Shown piece after piece: positions 42,660-50,636 of a stretch of DNA of 61,367 nt. The DNA lies in the IMG/VR virus record IMGVR_UViG_3300043493_000078; one strand, given 5' to 3'. Below the pieces are notes generated by a model. It ran no database searches, was not told where the DNA came from, and saw only the letters and a list, made by a program, of their open reading frames with translations. The position numbers and the translations under genes were made by a program. Source of the stretch: a virus. Each line of letters opens with the position of its first letter. Positions within the stretch are counted from its first letter, which is position 1.

Positions 42660-44773
42660 CCGATCAGTTTGCCCAGTTCATCGGTCCCGTTGCACGCTTG
42701 CTACTAGGCGAGCCGAACCGGCAGCAATCAACCGCGAAGGAATTGCGCTATGGCTCGCGCGGCTCGTTCGCCGTCAATCTGACAAAGGGCGTCTGGCACG
42801 ACCACGAGACGGACGAAGGCGGCGGATTACTAGATCTGATTGTGCGCGAGACCAGATGTCCCATCAGCGATGCACCGGCATGGCTCAAGGATCACGGCTT
42901 CGAACTCGACAATGAGCGGCCCAGAAGCAACGGCCCAAACGGGAAAAAATCGCAGCGCCGCATCGATAAAATCTTCCCATACGTGGATTTGAACGGACAA
43001 CTGCTTTTCGAGGTGGTCCGATATTTCCCGAAGGACTTTCGCCAGCGCAAGCCTGACGGCAAAGGCGGTTACGTCTGGAAGCTACAAGATATCAAACTGG
43101 TCCCATATCACCTGCCCGAGATAGCCGAGGCCATTGCGCTCGATCATACCATCTTTGTTGTCGAGGGTGAGAAATGCGTCGATCTACTCTGGTCGTACGG
43201 CATCCCAGCTACCTGCAATCCCATGGGTGCCGGCAAGTGGACAGACGACCTCACTCCGTACTTCGCCAGCGCTGACGTCATCGTCATCGGCGACTACGAT
43301 CCGCAAAAACAACATCCCCGCACTAAAGAGTGGATGTACCACGACGACGGCCGCCCGATCTTACCCGGTCAGGACCACGCGCTCAAAGTCGCTGAGGCGC
43401 TCAATGTCACGGCCAGTCGCGTGCGCGTGCTCGACCTCGCCGAGCACTGGGACGAGATCAAACCAAAAAACGATATTGCCGACTGGTTCGCCACTGGTGC
43501 CAGCGTTGAATTATTTCATGCTTTGGTCGACCACTCCGTCGACTGGACGCCCGAATTGACATTGCGCTTTCCCGAGCCGCAAAGCATCCCTCCGCTGTTT
43601 CCGTACAAGCCACGGCCGTTCACCCAGATACCCCCACGCCAATGGCTGCACGCCAAGCACTACATCCGCCGCCATGTCGTCATGACTGTAGCACCCGGCG
43701 GCTACGGCAAGTCGTCGCTGCTGCTGCTGAACGCCATCGAACTCGCCACCGGCCGCGGCCTCATCGGGCCGCCACCGCGCGAACGTGTCCGCACTGCCTA
43801 CTGGAATGCCGAGGAAGCCGAGCCGGAGGAGATCGAGCGGCGTATCGCTGCCATCTGTGTCGCGCACAACATCGACCCAAAGGAACTTGACGGCTGGCTA
43901 TTTCTAGGCCTCAAGGTCTCCAACGACGAATTCCGCTTCGCTGGCCTGCACGAAGGCAAGATCGCGCCAAACGCGGACCTGATTGAAAAGATCACCAAGT
44001 TCATCCTCGACAACGAAATCGGCGTGCTCATTCTTGATCCGATGGTGCAGTTCCATCGCGTGCAGGAAATCGACACCGCCGCCATGGAATCGCTGGTCAA
44101 GGACGTGCTTCAGCCGATCGCGTACACCACCAACTGCTGCATCGAGTTGAGCCACCACACCCGCAAGGGCGGACAAAACTTTGGTGGCGCCGAGATCACC
44201 GCCGACGATAGCCGCGGCGCAGGAGCTGCCATCAATGCCGCGCGCTCGGTTCGCGTGCTCAACCGCATGACCAAGGGCGAGGCGGAAACCCACGGCGTCA
44301 AGGACGAGGACCGCAGGCTTCATCTGCGCATCAGTCGCGATAAGACCAACATGGCGCCGCCAGGCAAAGCCCGCTGGATGCGATTGGCCTCGATCGACAT
44401 CGGCAACGCGACCGCCACCCTTCCGGCCGACAATGTGCAAGCCGCCACGGCCTGGGACTATCCGAAGGCGTTCGAAGGCGTCACCGTCGAGACCATGCAT
44501 TTCATGCGCGCCAAGGTCAGCAAGCAAAGCTACCGCAAAGATATCCGCTCGCCTGACTGGGTCGGGAGGCCACTGCTGGAACACCTCGGCCTCAACGCCG
44601 ATGACAAGGGCGCCCGCAGCCGGGTTCGTGCCATCCTCGATGTCTGGTTCGACAACGGCGTTCTGACCGTGGAACAACGCCACGACGGCAATCGCCATAA
44701 GCGCGAGTATGTCATCCCAGGCAACTGGAAGGACATGGAAGCGGAGTCACTTCAGCCCTCTTTTTTGGACTGA
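42656..44773 (+). CDS. Bifunctional primase (Toprim) / RepA-DnaB-like replicative helicase
   Basis: IFVVEGEKCVD...VIVIGDYD (Toprim). Walker A APGGYGKSS with LILDP...SHHTRKG (AAA_25). Confidence 0.8.
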   Translation: MTDQFAQFIGPVARLLLGEPNRQQSTAKELRYGSRGSFAVNLTKGVWHDHETDEGGGLLDLIVRETRCPISDAPAWLKDHGFELDNERPRSNGPNGKKSQRRIDKIFPYVDLNGQLLFEVVRYFPKDFRQRKPDGKGGYVWKLQDIKLVPYHLPEIAEAIALDHTIFVVEGEKCVDLLWSYGIPATCNPMGAGKWTDDLTPYFASADVIVIGDYDPQKQHPRTKEWMYHDDGRPILPGQDHALKVAEALNVTASRVRVLDLAEHWDEIKPKNDIADWFATGASVELFHALVDHSVDWTPELTLRFPEPQSIPPLFPYKPRPFTQIPPRQWLHAKHYIRRHVVMTVAPGGYGKSSLLLLNAIELATGRGLIGPPPRERVRTAYWNAEEAEPEEIERRIAAICVAHNIDPKELDGWLFLGLKVSNDEFRFAGLHEGKIAPNADLIEKITKFILDNEIGVLILDPMVQFHRVQEIDTAAMESLVKDVLQPIAYTTNCCIELSHHTRKGGQNFGGAEITADDSRGAGAAINAARSVRVLNRMTKGEAETHGVKDEDRRLHLRISRDKTNMAPPGKARWMRLASIDIGNATATLPADNVQAATAWDYPKAFEGVTVETMHFMRAKVSKQSYRKDIRSPDWVGRPLLEHLGLNADDKGARSRVRAILDVWFDNGVLTVEQRHDGNRHKREYVIPGNWKDMEAESLQPSFLD

Positions 44774-45170
44774 AAACAGCATGTGGAACCACCCCTGCGT
44801 CAGTAGTTCGAAACCACATCTGCGCAACTGGCGCACTGGCGGTCACTGCGAACGTGTTGCTTCAGTGCGTCAGTCTCTCTCTTTTCTTAAGAGAGACTGG
44901 CGAACTGGAGCGACGCAGTGTGTTGGCAGTGCCGACCGTGCGTCGGTGAGTGGTAAGTGGACTGACGCAGATGGTCCCGCGTCTAAACCCTAAAAACAAG
45001 AGCGACTGGCGCCGCCCACAGGCGCGAACAAAATGCAAGCACCTCTCTTGGTTGATATGTACTCAGGCACCGTCACGAGGGCGGGCCTCACCACCCTTCC
45101 CGGATCGCGCTCGCCCCGGCGCCGAGCACGATCAACACCCACACGCGCCGCCGAATGGAAAGGAAGCCAA
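44774..45170. promoter_or_regulatory. 397-bp non-coding region with iteron-like repeats and a 10-bp-stem hairpin (candidate origin or promoter region)
   Basis: ACTGG(C/A)G occurs 5 times. TGCGTCAGT at 44796(+), 44866(+) and 44961(-). Hairpin CAGTCTCTCT/AGAGAGACTG at 44871-44899. Confidence 0.4.
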
Positions 45171-45560
45171 ATGGACATCAGCGAACAGATCAGCTCCGGC
45201 GGATTTATCAAAGTCGCCGATCTTGCCGGCGGACCGCGCCGGGAAGTTATCGCCGAGGTGCGGCCGGGCAGATACCAAAACCCGGATTGCGAGTTCCAGA
45301 GTGGTGCCATACTCACGCTCAACGCAACCAACATGCGCACGATGGCGGCTGTCTGGGGCCCCGAGACCGATGCATGGACTGCCAAGGAGATCGAGCTATA
45401 CGTCGGCAAGACCCAGTACCAGGGGCAAGACCGCGACAGCGTGCTGGTCAAGACGATATCGCCACCGATCCCGATCGCCGAGCGGCCGAAGCCGAAGCCG
45501 GCCGTGGCCGCGCCGAAGCGAGCAGCCCCCGTGGATATGGATGACTCAATTCCGTTTTAG
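45171..45560 (+). CDS. SSB-like protein with a canonical acidic C-terminal tip
   Basis: Ends ...APVDMDDSIPF (compare E. coli SSB ...DFDDDIPF), with a Pro-rich linker before the tip. Confidence 0.5.
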   Translation: MDISEQISSGGFIKVADLAGGPRREVIAEVRPGRYQNPDCEFQSGAILTLNATNMRTMAAVWGPETDAWTAKEIELYVGKTQYQGQDRDSVLVKTISPPIPIAERPKPKPAVAAPKRAAPVDMDDSIPF

Positions 45561-45706
45561 GCTCCCCTGGCCGGGGGACGCACGACCGGGCAGCGCGCGG
45601 CTCGGCGACGAAAGGCAGCCTGCGGCCCTGGCCACGGGCACGCGCCGTTCACACCGCTCAAGGCTGCCGACGCGCGCACCAATTCAGGCCCGGAAAGAGG
45701 CCGCCG

Positions 45707-45943
45707 ATGACTGATCGCGCTATCCTCGAAATGTGGACCGTGTACCACGGCCCGCGCGACTATCCGGGCCAGTACGTGGCGAGAAAGTTTCTGATTATCG
45801 GGGGCCGCGGCGAGCCGGTACCGACTGACGACATGTTCGTGGCGCAGACGCTTGAAGAAATCCGCGAGCTACTTCCGCCAGGACTCTACAACTTGGGGCG
45901 CCAAGACGGCGATCAGCCGCAAATCGTGGAGTCGTGGGTCTAA
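45707..45943 (+). CDS. Hypothetical protein
   Basis: 78-aa ORF. Confidence 0.5.
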   Translation: MTDRAILEMWTVYHGPRDYPGQYVARKFLIIGGRGEPVPTDDMFVAQTLEEIRELLPPGLYNLGRQDGDQPQIVESWV

Positions 45944-45947
45944 ACCG

Positions 45948-46118
45948 ATGGTTGGCAGCGATCACGACCTGGACTATCCGCCCTATCTGCACCGCCAGCC
46001 CGCGGCCGAGGCCGCCGCATCAAGGCGCACGAAGATGAACGAACGCTTGCAAATCGTGATCTGGACGCTGGCCCTCGCAGTGGCAGCCGTCATCGTCATC
46101 GTGATGGTGGCGATGTGA
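45948..46118 (+). CDS. Small protein with a C-terminal TM helix
   Basis: ...LQIVIWTLALAVAAVIVIVMVAM. Confidence 0.35.
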   Translation: MVGSDHDLDYPPYLHRQPAAEAAASRRTKMNERLQIVIWTLALAVAAVIVIVMVAM

Positions 46119-46232
46119 GTGGGCCCGGCTTCATCGTTTGGGTGCAAGGGACGCGGGGGCCCGAGCTGCGATGAAATATCCGCCGCCGCCTGGGCATGCA
46201 TGCTATCGGCCCAGGCCGCTCGAGTGTGATCC

Positions 46233-46631
46233 ATGACTGCGCGCGGTAAACGCACGACTGATCAAGATCGTTACCTCGGTGAAAGAATTCGTGAGGCACG
46301 TCTCTCAGCCGACATGTCCCAGCACGACCTCGCCGAGCTGCTCGGCGTTTCCTATCAGCAAGTCCAAAAATACGAACGTGGTCAGAACCGCGTAAACGGC
46401 GGGCGGATCAATCTGCTTGTGACAGCGCTCAACCGGCCGCTGACGTTCTTCATGCCGGATGTCACCGATGTGCGCGCGCAAGCCGACCCGATGCTCAGCA
46501 AGTTCATCGCAAGCCGCGAAGGGCTCGAGATCGCGTCGACCTTCTTTCGGCTGTCGCCTGCGTGGCAGAGCTACATTCTCAAGCTCGTCAAACTCGCCAG
46601 CGAAACACAAGCCGTGAGTTCTTCGAAATGA
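46233..46631 (+). CDS. XRE-family HTH regulator
   Basis: LGERIREARLSADMSQHDLAELLGVSYQQVQKYERG. Confidence 0.75.
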   Translation: MTARGKRTTDQDRYLGERIREARLSADMSQHDLAELLGVSYQQVQKYERGQNRVNGGRINLLVTALNRPLTFFMPDVTDVRAQADPMLSKFIASREGLEIASTFFRLSPAWQSYILKLVKLASETQAVSSSK

Positions 46632-47218
46632 TCAAGATCGAGTTCGACTACAGCCAGCTCGAGTCGTACGCCAAGTCGTTAAATGCGCGCGCGGATCAGA
46701 TCCCATTCGCCTTGGCGCTCGCGCTCAACCGCTCGGCCGACGTCACCCGAACGCTTCTTATCCGACACACGTGGCCGACGCACGTGCAAGAGCGCAACAA
46801 GTCCTTCATAGCGGCATCGCTCACCACCAAGGATGCGCGTGCTGACAAGCGTTCGCTCGCAGTCGAAATCTACGACAAGCTCGACCGTGGCAACCTGCAG
46901 AAGCAGGCGAAAGGCGGCACCAGAACGCCGAGACTGGGCGGGCACCTCGCTGTCCCGGTCAGTACGATCCAGCGCACGTCGCACGGCGTGCCGTCGCGTC
47001 TGCGCCCCAAGAACCTCAAGACCGCCGCCTTCAAGATACGCGACATGCTGTACACCAGGGACAAGAAAGGTCGATTGAAGCTGCTCTATTCCCTCAAGTC
47101 AGCGACCAAGATACCGAAGCGCGTTCCGTTCTATGAGGACTTCGCGGTATCCATGGAGCGCGAACTGCGCAGGACCATTCCACAGGCGGTTGCCAGGGCG
47201 ATGGCGACGGCACGATGA
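46628..47218 (+). CDS. Conserved phage protein of unknown function
   Basis: 196 aa with ATGA overlap. Confidence 0.5.
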   Translation: MIKIEFDYSQLESYAKSLNARADQIPFALALALNRSADVTRTLLIRHTWPTHVQERNKSFIAASLTTKDARADKRSLAVEIYDKLDRGNLQKQAKGGTRTPRLGGHLAVPVSTIQRTSHGVPSRLRPKNLKTAAFKIRDMLYTRDKKGRLKLLYSLKSATKIPKRVPFYEDFAVSMERELRRTIPQAVARAMATAR

Positions 47219-47469
47219 GGAGGGCCTGATATGACGGCAGACGAATGGCAGCGGCGGGCGCAGGACGGCTGGCGGGGCCTAACCCCCTACCTGGGCCCGC
47301 CCCGGCGCCTGAAACGCGCTGTACGGGCTTCCTACGGCCCGGGCGGGCCATCCCGTTGCAAAGGTACTACAGGCGACAGAAGCCAGGCGGGGTCCTCGCG
47401 ACGGCACCCCTTCAAGATTTCTGGTTTCGAAATTTCTCGGTTTGGTTATGGCTATGACGGAGAGCAACC

Positions 47470-47667
47470 ATGGCGCGCGTAGGGGCGTCGATCAGGTTCC
47501 GGGAGGTGGCGGGGCTGACGGCTTACGCCAGAAATGCCCGCACGCATTCGGAGGAGCAGGTTTTGGAGATTGCGGCGTCGATGCGGGAGTGGGAGCACCA
47601 CCAGCAAAGGCGCCGCCGCGACGATCAGGGGTGGACGGTGCGGCGCAAGCGTGACAGCGGAGGGTAG
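47470..47667 (+). pseudogene. ParB/Srx-like nuclease-domain N-terminal fragment
   Basis: IRFREVAGLTAYARNARTHSEEQVLEIAASMREW matches ParB-N of ParB-methylase fusions, after which the sequence turns into Arg-rich nonsense. Confidence 0.45.
47650..47664 (+). repeat. Direct repeat CGTGACAGCGGAGGG (left copy) flanking the 47668-47997 cassette
   Basis: An identical 15-mer occurs at 47979-47993. Both are followed by a stop and an ATG. Confidence 0.85.
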
Positions 47668-47997
47668 ATGAGTAACACGAACGAAAATGAGATCGCGCAC
47701 ACCTTGCAGGAACTCGACAGACTGCGCGAAGAACGCAAGCAGCTCAATGCCAAGATCGGCAGACTCGTTGACAAAATCAAACGCTGGGACTCTGGCTTGC
47801 GGAAAGCGCGCTCGTTGGAGAAGCGCCTCACAATTGAAAAACGGACTCGCGCCATCTGCGACATGCGTGCTGGTGGTACTACATACAAACAAATCGCGGC
47901 TCACTTTGGCATTTCAATTTGTAGAGCCCGCCAAATCTTTGAAATACAGCGGTGGCGCGAGCAGCGGCGCGGCGCGACCGTGACAGCGGAGGGCTGA
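47668..47997 (+). CDS. Small HTH protein (sigma-70 region 4 / LuxR-like)
   Basis: GGTTYKQIAAHFGISICRARQIFE. GC looks lower by eye. Confidence 0.5.
   Translation: MSNTNENEIAHTLQELDRLREERKQLNAKIGRLVDKIKRWDSGLRKARSLEKRLTIEKRTRAICDMRAGGTTYKQIAAHFGISICRARQIFEIQRWREQRRGATVTAEG
47979..47993 (+). repeat. Direct repeat CGTGACAGCGGAGGG (right copy)
   Basis: See 47650-47664. Confidence 0.85.
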
Positions 47998-48088
47998 ATG
48001 ACCGTGATCAACAAGGAACTTCAATCAACACGAATCGTGACGATTGAGGAGGTGAAGCTGGATTGTGTGCTGGACGGTGCGAAAGTTT

Positions 48089-48367
48089 TCAACGCCGGTT
48101 GCTACGCGCGCGATCCAACAGCCGTTTGATGCGGTCAAATTCATCCGGGTCCATCGTTTCCTGCGCCTTCAATTGGGCATGATAGACTTCGCACCACTTT
48201 TCCACGGTCAGCGTCTTGCCAAGGCTCATCATCATCAGATAGCCGTTGACGGTGGCATCAAAGCAAAGCTGTCGGTGCTCCTCAATCACGTCGCCAGCGG
48301 CAATCCACCGGTCCACCTCGCGCCTGACGTAAGCTGTCTGCTCGCTGGTCATTGCGCTCATCGACAT
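48089..48367 (-). CDS. Hypothetical protein (minus-strand moron cassette)
   Basis: 92-aa ORF. Confidence 0.5.
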   Translation of the reverse strand: MSMSAMTSEQTAYVRREVDRWIAAGDVIEEHRQLCFDATVNGYLMMMSLGKTLTVEKWCEVYHAQLKAQETMDPDEFDRIKRLLDRARSNRR

Positions 48368-48616
48368 GGTTGCCGTTGGCAGTTGGCAGTGCTGGTCCCG
48401 ACGCGACGGCCATCAGCGCCGTAGACGGTGACGGTGCCATCGCGGCTGGTGGTGGTGCTGCCGATCTTGCGGCCGGCGGCATCGTAGTGTGAGGGTGGTG
48501 CCTTGGCTGTCGGTGACCGAGCGGCCGACCACGCGGCCGTCGGGTCCGTACAGCGTCTGCTGTTGGGCCAACGCAGGGGCGAGCAGCACCAGCAGCATGG
48601 CGAAGATGAGGATCAT
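48358..48616 (-). pseudogene. Secreted mini YD-repeat protein interrupted by a frameshift near 48490
   Basis: Signal peptide MILIFAMLLVLLAPALA, then LYGPDGRVVGRSVTDSQGTTLT. The repeat continues in another frame: HYDAAGRKIGSTTTSRDGTVTVYGADGRRVGTS. Confidence 0.5.
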
Positions 48617-48639
48617 GTTCGGTCTCTTCCCTTACCGGT

Positions 48640-49857
48640 TCACTGACTGTGACCCCCTGACGGCGTCAGCACAGCATTGCCTTGCGGCTCGTAGTCACCA
48701 TTCCAAAAGCCGGGAAAGATGGAGCTGATACTTGCGGTGCCCCACTGCGTCCCAGGTTGGTACAGGCGAGCATTTTCTTTGGTGACTCTCTCGGTGCCGA
48801 TAAGCTCGCATGTGATCTTCTCCACCAAGCCTATTGCGCCGTTGAGCGGGAATGACATGCTGTCGTGCGTGATGGATAGCTTGCGAACAAGGTAGAAAAT
48901 CGCAGCGCCGCCGCCGACCTTGTAGCCATTCTTGTCGTAGAACGAGCAGTCCCAAGCTACCGAAGCAAAGTCGGTGCCTGAGGTATTCCGCATCGACACC
49001 AGTTCTTGCAGATATGAGCCATTGCTCACGCCGCGCTGAAACTGGATTTGCAGGCGACCACCCGGTGGTTCGCCGGGGATCGGTGGATCACCAGCATAAC
49101 GACGCTCTTTTTGGTTTTGATCCAACTGCTCTTGGGTCATTCGAACAGGCTGGTAGCCCTTCGGATAGGTGAGCGCGTTGACATTCACCCATAGACAGGG
49201 AGGCGCAGCACCGGCTGGCAGCACGCAGGATGTGTTTCCCCAATAGTTCTGCTCAACAACCACGGTGCCTACAGCGAGTTCGCGGCATTGCGTGGTCACC
49301 TTGGCGCATGCTTGCACGGGGGTCGATACAACAACGTTGCCATCGGCGCGGGCAGCGGTGGTCGTGAGCAGCTCATCGGCAGCGCTGGACCGCTCCAATG
49401 GTATAATCTGCATTGGTTTAAGTTCGTGCTTCAACACCCAGAGGCATGGCGCTGAAGCTCCCTCTGGCACTACACAGACCGCGTCAAGGAAGCGTTTCTG
49501 CGAAAGAACAGCGGTGCCAGCGGTGATGCCGCGACAATGATCAGGATCACTGAGATCGAAAATTCGTCCTGTTGCCTTGCCGGTGCTTAGTGCGCCTTCG
49601 TTAAGAATGGCGCAGCCGATGGCTTCCTCGGTGATGATGTAATCAGCCTTGAGGTCACCGATTATTACGGCTGGTGGTTGGGCTGGTGTCGGCGCGGCCG
49701 GCGTGGTCGCAGCGGAAGGACTATTTGCCGCCAGCCACGTACCGAGGGCAAGTAGGCCAAACAGGCCAACCGAGCCGATTAGACTGTCGGTGCGTTTGCT
49801 GGTTTGGATGCCGTGTCTCCAGGTCATTTTGCTTGCTCCAATTGTTGAAGTTTCCAA
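48640..49857 (-). CDS. Membrane-anchored periplasmic protein with an internal duplication
   Basis: TM LIGSVGLFGLLALGTWLAA. Duplicated CVVPEGASAPCLWV / CVLPAGAAPPCLWV. Alternative start at 49827. Confidence 0.55.
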   Translation of the reverse strand: METSTIGASKMTWRHGIQTSKRTDSLIGSVGLFGLLALGTWLAANSPSAATTPAAPTPAQPPAVIIGDLKADYIITEEAIGCAILNEGALSTGKATGRIFDLSDPDHCRGITAGTAVLSQKRFLDAVCVVPEGASAPCLWVLKHELKPMQIIPLERSSAADELLTTTAARADGNVVVSTPVQACAKVTTQCRELAVGTVVVEQNYWGNTSCVLPAGAAPPCLWVNVNALTYPKGYQPVRMTQEQLDQNQKERRYAGDPPIPGEPPGGRLQIQFQRGVSNGSYLQELVSMRNTSGTDFASVAWDCSFYDKNGYKVGGGAAIFYLVRKLSITHDSMSFPLNGAIGLVEKITCELIGTERVTKENARLYQPGTQWGTASISSIFPGFWNGDYEPQGNAVLTPSGGHSQ

Positions 49858-50021
49858 TTACGGCACACCGTCAGTTTCCCTTACGGTACGCCATTCCGCC
49901 TTGTTAGTCGATTTGGACCCGGTGCTGGACTTGTTGTTTTGCGCCAAACTGTTGATTATCAGCGCCAATCAAGGGAAACGGGCCAACAAATGGGGCTGGA
50001 TGCCTGAGAAGGAGGCCGAAT

Positions 50022-50636
50022 ATGGCGGACGAACAACAAACGCTGAGCGTGGATCAAGCCAATGAGGGCGCCAACCATCCCCGGGGCCCGCTGGTCAACA
50101 CCGAGGAGGCCGGCAAGCTGATCCTGAAGGGGCCGGAACGGATACGGCAGCTGGCCAAGGCGGGCTGGATCGCGCAGGCGGGGACGCCATCGGATCGGCG
50201 TTACCGATTGCTTGACGTGGTACAGGGTTATATCCGCTTTCGCGACGACGAGGACCGGCGCACCAGCAAGATGGCCGCGCACTCGCGCATCACCGATGCC
50301 CGTTCGCGCGAGGTCGAATTGAAAAATGCGCAACGCGAGGGGCGGCTGGTCGACTTGGATGAGGTGCTTGCGGTAATCGAAAGCATTGTCGCCATGTTCC
50401 GGCTGCAGCTTTCCGGGCTGCCAGCCCGTGTCACTCGCGATCTACAACTGCGCCGGACGATCGAGACCGCCATCCATGACATCCTCGACCACATCGCCGA
50501 TCTTGCCGCCGAAAGCGCACAAGCTTTGGGAGCGCGTCGCGCTGCTCATGCGGCCGTCGCGGCCGATGCCGCCGGATCAGTGGGCGGCGACGAACCGGAC
50601 GCATCCGCAAACGGCGGGCGTGCCGGGGCCACGTGA
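50022..50636 (+). CDS. terS: Terminase small subunit
   Basis: HTH-like N-terminus and RYRLLDVVQGYIRFRDDE...AR.REVELKNAQREG, directly before TerL. Confidence 0.7.
   Translation: MADEQQTLSVDQANEGANHPRGPLVNTEEAGKLILKGPERIRQLAKAGWIAQAGTPSDRRYRLLDVVQGYIRFRDDEDRRTSKMAAHSRITDARSREVELKNAQREGRLVDLDEVLAVIESIVAMFRLQLSGLPARVTRDLQLRRTIETAIHDILDHIADLAAESAQALGARRAAHAAVAADAAGSVGGDEPDASANGGRAGAT

Noticed and set aside
47294-47350. A GC-clamped hairpin (GGCCCGCCC/GGGCGGGCC, 33-nt loop containing CGGGCTTCC) and a similar one at 46121-46164, as extra members of the module family.
   Set aside because: The loop lengths and core positions do not fit the A-N9-core-N9-TG geometry and the core matches are weak. They may be distant relatives but are not counted.
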